This document shows, in pieces, positions 28,444 through 37,244 of a stretch of 61,050 nt of DNA (position 1 is the stretch's first letter; the number at the start of each line of letters is the position of its first letter). The stretch is from Candidatus Berkelbacteria bacterium. GTDB lineage: Bacteria > Patescibacteriota > UBA1384 > XYA2-FULL-43-10 > CAINNR01. The notes beneath the pieces were generated by a model. The model made no database searches. It was not told the origin of the DNA and worked only from the letters and a program-made list of their open reading frames with translations. The position numbers and the translations under genes are program-made. The stretch is taken from the NCBI GenBank assembly GCA_026397235.1, contig JAPLVG010000023.1, forward strand, positions 1 to 61,050. The letters run 5' to 3'.

Positions 28444-28566
28444 AACCACGCAAAGGCCGGTGGGAATATTGCCGGTGGGGCGAGAAAAAATCTGGAAAAA
28501 CGGCTAGGCAGATCTGTCATCTCAAAACAAAATTATTTACCAAAGAAGAATAAATCAATTGAATAA
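28444..28566 (+). pseudogene. Possible orphan C-terminal fragment of the disrupted Bro-N/DinD-like gene
   Basis: Frame gives NHAKAGGNIAGGARKNLEKRLGRSVISKQNYLPKKNKSIE*, which I recall as typical of the C-terminus of this family; no start codon. Confidence 0.3.
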
Positions 28567-28570
28567 TCTT

Positions 28571-29305
28571 ATGAAAAACATTTTTTTAAAATCAATTTTG
28601 GGTGTCTTACTGTTTGTAGCATTTGTCGTGCTGGCTTTAGTTGCAATCTCCGGCGACAAAAAAGCAAAAGCTGTCGATGTTTGTTGGCAAAAAAACAATG
28701 GGCGCTACTCTTTTGGTGACTCAAACAAGGACTACGAAACAAAGTCATTGTGCCAATCAAACTATGTCTTGTACATGGAAATCGTAAATGGCACTGGTCC
28801 TCAATGCGTATCTGATCTTACCCAAAATGGAACATTTTCTGGCAGAGGGCAGACGTTCAGCACCAAGGAACAATGCAGAGCCTCTTTGCTTGCAACTTAC
28901 AATATGTCGGAATCCCGACCAACCTCGACTTCAAATGCCCCAACCTGCAATTATTCAAATGAATCAGCAAGTTGGAGGAGTAATTTACAAACAAAAATTA
29001 CCGCTTTGTATGCAGAGCTTTTAAAAAGAACTACCAACTCAAATGATTTTGCATATTGGCAGTCGGCGATGCCTTTTCGCAGTTGTGGCCAAACAATTGA
29101 CGAAACAAGCATTCGAGCATTTATTCAGACATCCGAAGAGTACAAGAATCTTCAAGCCGCGAGTACAACTGTTCAACCAGCTATTACCAACCAAAGTACC
29201 GAAGTTCAACTTGTAACCAAAACCGAAGCTCCAAAAACTGGTTTTCTTAACTATATTAAATCTATTCCTTCTCGCATCGCCAACTTTTTTAAGAGATTAT
29301 TTTAA
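28571..29305 (+). CDS. Secreted/membrane-anchored Cys-repeat protein with DUF4214-like C-terminal segment
   Basis: ATG at 28571 (ORF track TTG at 28559); N-terminal hydrophobic segment; two Cys-bounded ~28-aa repeats; LYAELLKRTTNSNDFAYWQS...IRAFIQTSEEY resembles DUF4214. Confidence 0.55.
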   Translation: MKNIFLKSILGVLLFVAFVVLALVAISGDKKAKAVDVCWQKNNGRYSFGDSNKDYETKSLCQSNYVLYMEIVNGTGPQCVSDLTQNGTFSGRGQTFSTKEQCRASLLATYNMSESRPTSTSNAPTCNYSNESASWRSNLQTKITALYAELLKRTTNSNDFAYWQSAMPFRSCGQTIDETSIRAFIQTSEEYKNLQAASTTVQPAITNQSTEVQLVTKTEAPKTGFLNYIKSIPSRIANFFKRLF

Positions 29306-29341
29306 TAACTTATGAAAAATATTTTTCTAACATCAAATGTA

Positions 29342-29409
29342 ACAAAAACACGTGAATAGCACCAGAAAACAGTAATCTATTCACTACTTATTGACAAAAA
29401 CACGTGAAT
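29342..29409 (+). promoter_or_regulatory. Two identical 16-nt direct repeats 52 nt apart
   Basis: ACAAAAACACGTGAAT at 29342-29357 and 29394-29409 (contains the CACGTG palindrome). Confidence 0.6.
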
Positions 29410-29487
29410 GTAGGCATTTTGTTAAACCGAGTGTATTATCATTTTCACCTTCTGTGAGGGCTAAGGCACTCTAGTATGTGGCAATTA

Positions 29488-29556
29488 TGCATAGTTTCAT
29501 GATATTTTGCATAGTTTATATAAATACTTGCATAGTTTAGCAAATAATGCTAAGAT
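29488..29556 (+). promoter_or_regulatory. Three TGCATAGTTT direct repeats overlapping a putative promoter of the HTH-ATPase gene
   Basis: TGCATAGTTT at 29488, 29508, 29529 (20-21-nt period); TTGCAT (29528-29533), 17-nt spacer, TAAGAT (29551-29556). Confidence 0.6.
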
Positions 29557-29574
29557 ATTGTAAGAGGAAATTAA

Positions 29575-30294
29575 ATGGAAGAAAAATTATTAACAATTGC
29601 TGAGGCAGCCGAAATACTCGGCGTTTCAATTGACACGCTCCGTCGCTGGGATAGTAGTGGGAAATTAGTTCCGATTAAAAAAGATGGCGGCGTACATCGG
29701 TTTTACCGAGAAAAAGATCTTGAAATATTTTCAAGTGATATTGTTGAACTTGCTCATGATTGGGCGAGAGATGGTTCAGAATTGCCTTCTATTTTCTACT
29801 GCGGCAATAGTGCAGTTTTTCAAGCCAGATTGTCAAAACTAGAGCATATCTTAATGAATCAACCGGGTTTCGAGAGGTTATTTTCGGTTATTATTGCCAT
29901 TGCCGGCGAGATCGGAAATAATTCTTTTGATCACAATCTGGGAAAGTGGCCGGATATACCGGGTATCTTTTTTGGATATGATATTAATAAAAAGCAAATT
30001 GTTCTTGCTGATCGTGGACTTGGTATTTTGGAGACACTTCGTCAAGTACGACCCAGCCTAAAAAATCATACCGAAGCTTTGATGGTGGCTTTTACTGAGA
30101 TTCTGTCTGGTCGTTCTCCAGAAAAGCGCGGAAATGGCTTAAAGTTCGTTCGAGAAGTTACAACAACTCAGCCAATTGACCTGTTTTTTGAAAGTGGCGA
30201 CGGTGAAGTTCGCATCAAGGCCCCAGATAAGGAGTTTCGTCTGACGCGCGGCCAAGAAATACTTCGCGGTTGCTTCGTCATAATTCAATTTTAA
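29575..30294 (+). CDS. MerR/excisionase-type HTH fused to a GHKL (histidine-kinase-like) ATPase domain
   Basis: 239 aa; LTIAEAAEILGVSIDTLRRWDSSGKL (HTH); N-box EIGNNSFDHN, G1 DRGLGI, G2 GNGLKF. Confidence 0.8.
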   Translation: MEEKLLTIAEAAEILGVSIDTLRRWDSSGKLVPIKKDGGVHRFYREKDLEIFSSDIVELAHDWARDGSELPSIFYCGNSAVFQARLSKLEHILMNQPGFERLFSVIIAIAGEIGNNSFDHNLGKWPDIPGIFFGYDINKKQIVLADRGLGILETLRQVRPSLKNHTEALMVAFTEILSGRSPEKRGNGLKFVREVTTTQPIDLFFESGDGEVRIKAPDKEFRLTRGQEILRGCFVIIQF

Positions 30295-30328
30295 AATTAG
30301 TTATAAAATAATAACGAAGGACAAATCT

Positions 30329-30619
30329 ATGCGTATTGAATTAAATAAATTTGGCACAACGCTTATTTCGCGTCAAGCAGGGTCTGAGGCTTTTAAGGCT
30401 TTTCAGTCAACATTGCAAGACATGAAGCCGGGTGAAAATCTTGAAATTGATTTTTCCGGTGTTTTAACATTTTCTCCATCTTGGGGAGATGAATTTGTGA
30501 GTCCTTTGTTTGATCAACTTGGAGACAACTTGGTCTTGTTAGCGAGCGACAATATGTCAGTTCAAGCAACATTAAAGCTATTGCAGGAAATCAAAAAACA
30601 ATCTTTTGTTATTCACTGA
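30329..30619 (+). CDS. STAS-like (DUF4325-type) small protein
   Basis: 96 aa; LEIDFSGVLTFSPSWGDEFVSPL matches my recollection of the DUF4325 STAS-like core. Confidence 0.65.
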   Translation: MRIELNKFGTTLISRQAGSEAFKAFQSTLQDMKPGENLEIDFSGVLTFSPSWGDEFVSPLFDQLGDNLVLLASDNMSVQATLKLLQEIKKQSFVIH

Positions 30620-30822
30620 TAATGATAAATAATAGAAACTTTCCGCTCCACGAATTTTTAATGCGGCGCTTCGCCAATCAATTCCTGCTTTCCGCGAACG
30701 CGGTGTCTGGAGAATAGCCAGTAACTATAACAAGATACAATAGTTTCGCCGAAGGCGAACACAGGGCGTTAAAAGCTCTGCTTATAAAATGAAAATTACA
30801 AAATAATTAACGTGGAATAATT

Positions 30823-31362
30823 ATGAAAATTACTTACTTTGTTCATGGCACAACAACTGACAATGAAAAGCACATTTCTTCCGGTTGGAAAGATGTAGAG
30901 CTTTCTGACCTTGGAATTCAACAATCAAAAGACTTGAAAAGTCAGGTAGATGTTAAGAAGTTCGATGTAGTTTTCTGTTCCGATTTAAAACGAGCGGTTG
31001 ATTCGACTAAGCTAACCTTTGAAGGAGTTGTACCAATTAAAATCGATCCACGATTACGTGAATGTAATTATGGCGACTTTAATGCTAACCCATCAGAAAT
31101 AGTTGAGCCAATGCAGGAAGAGAATATTGAAAAACCATTTCCAAATGGCGAAAGTTATGAAGATGTTAAAAAACGCATTAGTGAATTTCTGGAAGACATC
31201 AAAAAAGAGTATGGTAACAAACACATAGCAATTGTTGCTCACAAGGCTTCACAGCTAGCGCTGGATGTTATCATTAAAGGTATGACTTGGGACGAAGCCT
31301 TTGCCACAGATTGGCGTAAAGTTGGGAAATGGCAACCCGGTTGGGAATACGAGGTGAAATGA
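30823..31362 (+). CDS. Histidine phosphatase (phosphoglycerate-mutase-like) family protein
   Basis: 179 aa; ITYFVHGTTTDNE (RHG motif with V in place of R), DLKRA, VAHKASQ. Confidence 0.8.
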   Translation: MKITYFVHGTTTDNEKHISSGWKDVELSDLGIQQSKDLKSQVDVKKFDVVFCSDLKRAVDSTKLTFEGVVPIKIDPRLRECNYGDFNANPSEIVEPMQEENIEKPFPNGESYEDVKKRISEFLEDIKKEYGNKHIAIVAHKASQLALDVIIKGMTWDEAFATDWRKVGKWQPGWEYEVK

Positions 31363-31790
31363 TGGAAATTGTAATTGTCGACAATCCAAACCAATTAGAC
31401 ATCTTGTCGGACAAGACCGCGAATTTTGGTGAATTAAACTTTAAATTTTCACCAAAGTATTTAGCTGAACTAAAATCGCTTGTAAATAAATCACTGCAGT
31501 ACATTGCAACTATCGATGGAAATTTTGCTGGATATTTGGCGGCAAAAGAATCCGATATTTGGCCAGATAGTTTTCAGATTGTTGAATTATTTGTCGACCC
31601 ATCAGCCCAAAGAAAAGGGGTGGCATCTTCGTTGCTAGGAAAATTATTCACCGATGCCCATTGTCAGCTTGTTGTCGAAACTGAAAAAGAAAATCTACCT
31701 GCGATAACACTGTATAAAAAGCATGGTTTTGAAGAAGTCGAAAATGAAAATTGGGATGACATAACCTTGGTGAGAAATGACAATAAATAA
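31359..31790 (+). CDS. GNAT-family N-acetyltransferase
   Basis: ATG at 31359 overlaps the upstream stop (ATGA); VDPSAQRKGVASSLLGKL (motif A), LYKKHGFEEV. Confidence 0.8.
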   Translation: MMEIVIVDNPNQLDILSDKTANFGELNFKFSPKYLAELKSLVNKSLQYIATIDGNFAGYLAAKESDIWPDSFQIVELFVDPSAQRKGVASSLLGKLFTDAHCQLVVETEKENLPAITLYKKHGFEEVENENWDDITLVRNDNK

Positions 31791-32178
31791 AGCCGGTGCA
31801 ATTGTTAGAAAAATAGAAAACGGCGAAGTATATATTTTGCTTTTGCATTTGATTAAACACGACTTTTGGTCGTTCCCAAAAGGGCATATTGAAGAAGGTG
31901 AATCCGCAGAAGACACTGCAAAGCGCGAAATTCTTGAGGAAACAGGGCTTGTAATTAATATCACGAAACCGCTCGGAATCGCGAAGTATAAAGATATTGA
32001 TGGCAATGAAGTTAACTTAAATCTTTTCTTGGCCGATATTGAAAGTGGTGAGTTAGTTGAAGAAGAAGGCCACGAGTTAGTTTGGCTAACAGTTGATGAA
32101 GCAACAGAAAAACTAACCTACCCCGAACTCCGCGAATTTCTTTCTGATAAAAAATACGAAATAATTAACCTGGAATAA
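31777..32178 (+). CDS. NUDIX hydrolase
   Basis: 133 aa; Nudix box GHIEEGESAEDTAKREILEETGL. Confidence 0.9.
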   Translation: MTINKAGAIVRKIENGEVYILLLHLIKHDFWSFPKGHIEEGESAEDTAKREILEETGLVINITKPLGIAKYKDIDGNEVNLNLFLADIESGELVEEEGHELVWLTVDEATEKLTYPELREFLSDKKYEIINLE

Positions 32179-32180
32179 TT

Positions 32181-33080
32181 ATGCCAATTTTTAAAATCAA
32201 ACAAAATGCAGTTAATCAGTTAATGCTTGATAAAAATTATTTTAACAATGAATTCGAACTTAGGGATTTTTTTGCCGCCAATCTTGAACAGTTGCTAGGA
32301 TTAAGATTTTTAGAATCAGAATACCCAACTATAGACGGAAGAATAGATACTTTAGCCATAGACGAAACAAACTCCCCAGTTATTATTGAATACAAATGGG
32401 GACAAGATAATGCCATTTTTGTGCAGGGCTTGTTCTATCTAGACTGGTTGAAGAAAAATAAAAGACATTTTGATTTATTAGTAGCTAAAAAACTTGGTGA
32501 AGACGTAACTGTTAATTGGGCTAGTCCTCGAGTTATATTAATTGCATAAGGCTTTGATAACAGGACTATTACTGCAGTTCAGCAAGTTGATAGTGTTGAA
32601 CTTATAAAATATTCGCCTTATGAACAAGAAATTATCTACCTGGAAAATGTTTATGTGCCAAATAAGTCTAACCGCATTAAACAAAGTAATGATACAGATA
32701 GTTCGACAACTGAGGGGGCTGAGTTAGAAGAAACACATGATATTAGCTATCACTTGACTCGTCATAATTCGAATGCTGTCATAACCAAAGAGTTTCATAT
32801 GCTTAGAGAAAAAATACAGAATCTCCCTGGAGTAGAAGAAATAGTGAATTTTAAGACCGGAATTACTTATAGAACGACGAAAAGTTTTGCTAGGTTTGAA
32901 TTTGGAAGGACATTCATGAACGTCTTGGTTCGAGAACCGAAGTATAATGATCCTACACACTTGGTTCGTGATATCACTTCGCATATGTGGGGGTACAAAG
33001 GTAAAATCAAAGTTACATCTTCTGAAAATACTGACGCTGTTTTTGATATAATCAAACAGTCGTATGAAGAAACCTTGTGA
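32181..33080 (+). pseudogene. PD-(D/E)xK nuclease-like + DUF5655-like protein interrupted by one in-frame TAA
   Basis: ORFs 32181-32549 and 32655-33080 are in the same frame, and the frame is open between them except TAA at 32547-32549; paralogue of 33192-34115 (IDTLAIDETNSPVIIEYK vs IDSVALDESTNSVVLIEYK). Confidence 0.6.
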
Positions 33081-33191
33081 TGCTAACAGCTAATTTTACT
33101 AAGGTTAAATAACTGTTTACAGAAAAAGAAAACTCTCGCAATCTCAAGAGCGAAGTGCTATACTTTAGGCGTAAAATTAAGTGAAATAATT

Positions 33192-34115
33192 ATGGCAATT
33201 TTTAAAATTAATGATCAAAAGCTTGAAGCGATTTCTGAAAAGAAAATTGATTTAGAGCGCGATATTCAGAAACTCACCGAGCAAAACCTTGAAAATGTTT
33301 TTGGATTAAAATTTGTATGTGGTGCAAGCAACCAAGAATTTTGTGTTCGCGCAAATGAACAAGATTTCTACATTGATTCTGTAGCCCTAGATGAATCGAC
33401 TAACTCTGTTGTTCTTATTGAATACAAAAAGGATCGCAGTTTTTCAGTTATTGACCAGGGTTTTGCTTATCTATCTGCGATGCTGAACAATAAAGCTGAA
33501 TTTGTTTTGGAAATAAATGAGCGGCTTAAAAAAAATCTATCAAAAAAAGATATCGATTGGGAGCAATCTAGAATTATTTTTATTTCAAACGAATTCACAA
33601 ATTATCAAAAGAACGCCATCAACTTTAAGGATCTGCCAATGTTTTTGTACGAAGTAAAAATATATGACAACCTTATTGATTACAATCCAATCAAACCCTT
33701 CAAAACCAGTGAATCAATTAACAAATTTATCAAAGATAAAAAAGTCAGGGAAGTAGTAAATGAAGTCAAAGTTTATTCGATTGAAGATCATTTATCGAAA
33801 TCATTACCTGAAATTGTCGAAATCTATAACACGCTTAGCCAAAAAATTCATTCACTTGATACCAGAATTTTAGAGAAACCAGTAAGGGGCTATATCGGTT
33901 TTAAAATTCGCTACCATAACTTCTGTTCTCTCGCGGTACAAAAAAATAAAATCGGGGTTTATTTACGCGCCCAGAAAATATCTGATGGAAATAAACTTCT
34001 TAAAAGGATACCAAGTCAGAGTTCTTTGTGGCGATGTGATATAACTTCGCTTGATCAAATTGATGAGGTGTTTTTACTTATCCAACAATCATATAATCAG
34101 GCACCAGATAAATAA
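33192..34115 (+). CDS. PD-(D/E)xK nuclease-like N-domain + DUF5655-like C-domain protein (intact paralogue)
   Basis: 307 aa; D...E-x-K signature in YIDSVALDESTNSVVLIEYK; C-terminal YIGFKIRYHNFCSLAV... Confidence 0.65.
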   Translation: MAIFKINDQKLEAISEKKIDLERDIQKLTEQNLENVFGLKFVCGASNQEFCVRANEQDFYIDSVALDESTNSVVLIEYKKDRSFSVIDQGFAYLSAMLNNKAEFVLEINERLKKNLSKKDIDWEQSRIIFISNEFTNYQKNAINFKDLPMFLYEVKIYDNLIDYNPIKPFKTSESINKFIKDKKVREVVNEVKVYSIEDHLSKSLPEIVEIYNTLSQKIHSLDTRILEKPVRGYIGFKIRYHNFCSLAVQKNKIGVYLRAQKISDGNKLLKRIPSQSSLWRCDITSLDQIDEVFLLIQQSYNQAPDK

Positions 34116-34166
34116 AACAATAATGTCCGAAGCATTTTCACGAGTAGTAATTTGATAAATAAATAT

Positions 34167-35303
34167 ATGGCTAGAATATCCTCAATCAAAAATCTTAAGA
34201 AAGCAAGAAAAGCAAAAAATGATGAGTTCTATACTCAGTACATTGATATTCAAAAAGAGATTGAAAAGTATCTTGAATATAATCCTGATACTTTTCGCGA
34301 GAAGGTAGTTTATTGTAACTGTGATGACCCGTTTGAAAGTAATTTCTTCCGTTATTTTGTGCTAAATTTTAATAAGCTTGGATTAAAACAGCTCATCACA
34401 ACGAGCTACAAACCATCGCCTGTTGCCAATACGCAGCTAGGATTATTTGGTGATGACAAAACACTTGCAAATGAAAAAGGACGTCCAAAAATAACTGCAA
34501 ACAAATTTATTATCAACGAAGTGCGCGACATAGACGAAGATGGTGAGTTCAATTTGGAAGATGTTGCCAAGCAACTGAAGGTAAATAAGCACAATGAATG
34601 GGCGCCACTGGATGATGATGGCGATTTTCGTAGTGATGAGTGTGTCGAACTACTCAAGCAATCTGATATAGTAGTAACCAACCCGCCATTCAGCTTGTTT
34701 CGTGAATATGTTAAGCAGCTTTTCGATTATAATAAAAAGTTTTTGATCATCGGCAATATTAATTGCCTAACTTATAGAGAAATATTCCAAAAAATTAAAG
34801 AAAATAAAGCATGGCTTGGTAATGGGATGGGGAGGTGGATTTCTGGGTTTATTGTTCCTGAATCCTACGAATTGTATGGGTCGGAAGCTCGAATAGATGA
34901 AAATGGAGATAGAATTGTCGCCACTAACAATTGTTTGTGGCTTACTAATCTTGATCACGGACGACGCCATCAACCGTTACCGCTTATGACAACGGCTGAA
35001 AATTTAAAATATAGCAAACATAAAGAAATCAAAGGGAAAGAGTCGTATGATAAATACGATAATTACAACGCAATAGAGATACCTTTTACCGATGCTATAC
35101 CAAGTGATTATAAAGGCGCAATGGGTGTGCCAGTTACTTTTCTTGATAAATATAATCCTGATCAGTTTGAAATTTTAGGAAATTCTAATGTGCGAGGAGA
35201 CCGAGAACATTTAATGAATAATATTAAAAGCGCATCGGGTTGCACCTATATAAACGGTAAGCCACAATTTGCTCGTATTTTAATAAAACATAGGGAAAAA
35301 TAA
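34167..35303 (+). CDS. DNA N6-adenine methyltransferase (EcoRI-methylase-like family, by recollection)
   Basis: KNDEFYTQY...VYCNCDDPFESNFFRYF N-terminal signature and catalytic VVTNPPFSLF (NPPF); ATG 34167 preferred over ORF-track TTG 34152. Confidence 0.8.
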   Translation: MARISSIKNLKKARKAKNDEFYTQYIDIQKEIEKYLEYNPDTFREKVVYCNCDDPFESNFFRYFVLNFNKLGLKQLITTSYKPSPVANTQLGLFGDDKTLANEKGRPKITANKFIINEVRDIDEDGEFNLEDVAKQLKVNKHNEWAPLDDDGDFRSDECVELLKQSDIVVTNPPFSLFREYVKQLFDYNKKFLIIGNINCLTYREIFQKIKENKAWLGNGMGRWISGFIVPESYELYGSEARIDENGDRIVATNNCLWLTNLDHGRRHQPLPLMTTAENLKYSKHKEIKGKESYDKYDNYNAIEIPFTDAIPSDYKGAMGVPVTFLDKYNPDQFEILGNSNVRGDREHLMNNIKSASGCTYINGKPQFARILIKHREK

Positions 35304-35304
35304 T

Positions 35305-36474
35305 ATGAAAACAATTTTAACAACTACCACAACCGTAAAAGAAATCTGCGATGGATTTGTCTATAACGAGCTTGAAGGCAAGGGATTATTTGGCTTGTCG
35401 GGAAAGCTGACCATTCAACCGGAATATCAACGAAACTATATTTATGCTTCGGATGGCGGAAAAAGAGAAGCAGCTGTCATCGCATCTGTTTTGAAAGAAT
35501 ATCCCATTGGTTTGATCTATTTTAACAAGGTTAGCGATGATAAATTTGAAGTTTTGGACGGTCAGCAACGTATTACGAGCCTTGGCCGATTTATCACGGA
35601 CAAATTTGCAATAATCGATCAAAATGGCATGCCTCAGAATTTTAGCGGCATGGCCAAAGATAAGCAAACCAAGATTTTGGAAACAAAACTAACTATTTAT
35701 GAATGCGGGGGCAAAGAAAGCGAAATAAAAGAGTGGTTCAAGACGATTAATATTGCCGGTGTCCCGCTTAATAACCAAGAGCTCTTGAACGCGGTTTATT
35801 CGGGACCATTTGTGACGCGAGCCAAAGAAGAGTTTAGCAACAGTCAGAATGCCAATATCCAAAAATGGAGCGCGTATGTTAGCGGTAGCGCAAATCGGCA
35901 AGAGTTTTTAGAGAGAGCGCTAGACTGGTCTAGTAAAGGTGAGATCGGTGAATATATGAGTAGCCATCGATTTGATGATAATATTACCGAGCTAAAGAGC
36001 TATTTCAATTTAGTAATTGATTGGGTTTCTAGCGTTTTTAGTGATGTTGAAAGCGAGATGCGAGGTTTGCCATGGGGCCATTTCTATGAACAATATCACA
36101 AAAATTCATACAACCCCGGGAATGTGTCTGACAAGGTCCATAAGTTTTATAGCGATCCTTATATAAAAAGTCGCAAAGGCATTTTCGAATTTATCCTCGG
36201 GGGAGAAGTTGACACAAAATTACTTGAGATTAGAGTGTTTGACGAGGCGACTAAAAGATTGGTCTATTCCAAACAGACAGAAGCTGCAAAAGCTAAAGGC
36301 GTATCAAATTGCTCGTACTGTGCAATCGGTCACGATGCTAATAGAGACAAAATCTGGAGTTTAGACGAAATGGATGCCGATCATGTCGAAGCTTGGAGCA
36401 AGGGCGGCTCAACAGATATGATAAATTGTGAAATGTTGTGCAAAACACACAACCGAGCAAAAGGTAATCGATAG
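35305..36474 (+). CDS. DUF262 (ParB/GmrSD-N-like) + C-terminal HNH nuclease protein
   Basis: 389 aa; IQPEYQRNY, LDGQQRITSLG (DUF262); CSYC...DADHVEAWSKGG...NCEMLCKTHNRAKGN (HNH); starts 1 nt after the methyltransferase stop. Confidence 0.85.
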   Translation: MKTILTTTTTVKEICDGFVYNELEGKGLFGLSGKLTIQPEYQRNYIYASDGGKREAAVIASVLKEYPIGLIYFNKVSDDKFEVLDGQQRITSLGRFITDKFAIIDQNGMPQNFSGMAKDKQTKILETKLTIYECGGKESEIKEWFKTINIAGVPLNNQELLNAVYSGPFVTRAKEEFSNSQNANIQKWSAYVSGSANRQEFLERALDWSSKGEIGEYMSSHRFDDNITELKSYFNLVIDWVSSVFSDVESEMRGLPWGHFYEQYHKNSYNPGNVSDKVHKFYSDPYIKSRKGIFEFILGGEVDTKLLEIRVFDEATKRLVYSKQTEAAKAKGVSNCSYCAIGHDANRDKIWSLDEMDADHVEAWSKGGSTDMINCEMLCKTHNRAKGNR

Positions 36475-36479
36475 CTCAC

Positions 36480-37175
36480 ATGGAATATCAGATTATTCTA
36501 AAACACAAGGATAAAACTTATCGTGTCTCAAAATTGGTAGCGGCGGGTGACGGTTCTCTGTACTGGTATTTTCCAAATTCTCAAAAATATTATGTTCGTG
36601 CTGTCAAAGTTGTCAAATGGAGACCTGGAAAATCTAAAATAAAATTGGAGGGGAGACACAGGTTTTGCTCCGATCCATATGTCAGCTTTCATCCCGGTAA
36701 AGGAATAATTCACGCGAAAGGTAAAAGCAAGCTCGGCCAAAGCATTAATCTTGTTGAGGATTCTGAGCAAATAAGCTTTGATAAATTGGCTTTAGCATTG
36801 TCTCACCAAGTTATATTCTCATTCGTCGTGCCTAGCAAGCTCAATGTATTAGATGAGTACAACAAAATAGTTTGTTTAGTATCTGATTTGGTATTTAAAT
36901 CTGACAAAGAAGAAATCGATACAAGTTTAAATTTTGAATTTTTTGTCCATAACTCTGGCGGAGTTGTTGATATTGATGACTTGAAAGCTCGTACTAATAG
37001 AAACATAATTGCCGTGAAAGAAATTCAGCTCAGAAATTGTTACTTTACTATAACCTGTGTGGTGAGTTCGATTAGGATTGTCAACTCAAAAGATTTGGTC
37101 TGTGAAATCCCAAGAGGGGCAAAAATTGAACCTGTGTTTTTTGCTCTTAGAAAAAACCCAAAAAATAATGATTGA
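36480..37175 (+). CDS. Hypothetical protein
   Basis: 231 aa, starts 5 nt after the DUF262-HNH stop; no family recognised. Confidence 0.55.
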   Translation: MEYQIILKHKDKTYRVSKLVAAGDGSLYWYFPNSQKYYVRAVKVVKWRPGKSKIKLEGRHRFCSDPYVSFHPGKGIIHAKGKSKLGQSINLVEDSEQISFDKLALALSHQVIFSFVVPSKLNVLDEYNKIVCLVSDLVFKSDKEEIDTSLNFEFFVHNSGGVVDIDDLKARTNRNIIAVKEIQLRNCYFTITCVVSSIRIVNSKDLVCEIPRGAKIEPVFFALRKNPKNND

Positions 37176-37244
37176 CAAAACCATAACGTTTAATAGAAGA
37201 TGAAGCTGTTATAAATTGCAGGATCTAAGATCAATATTTGCCAA

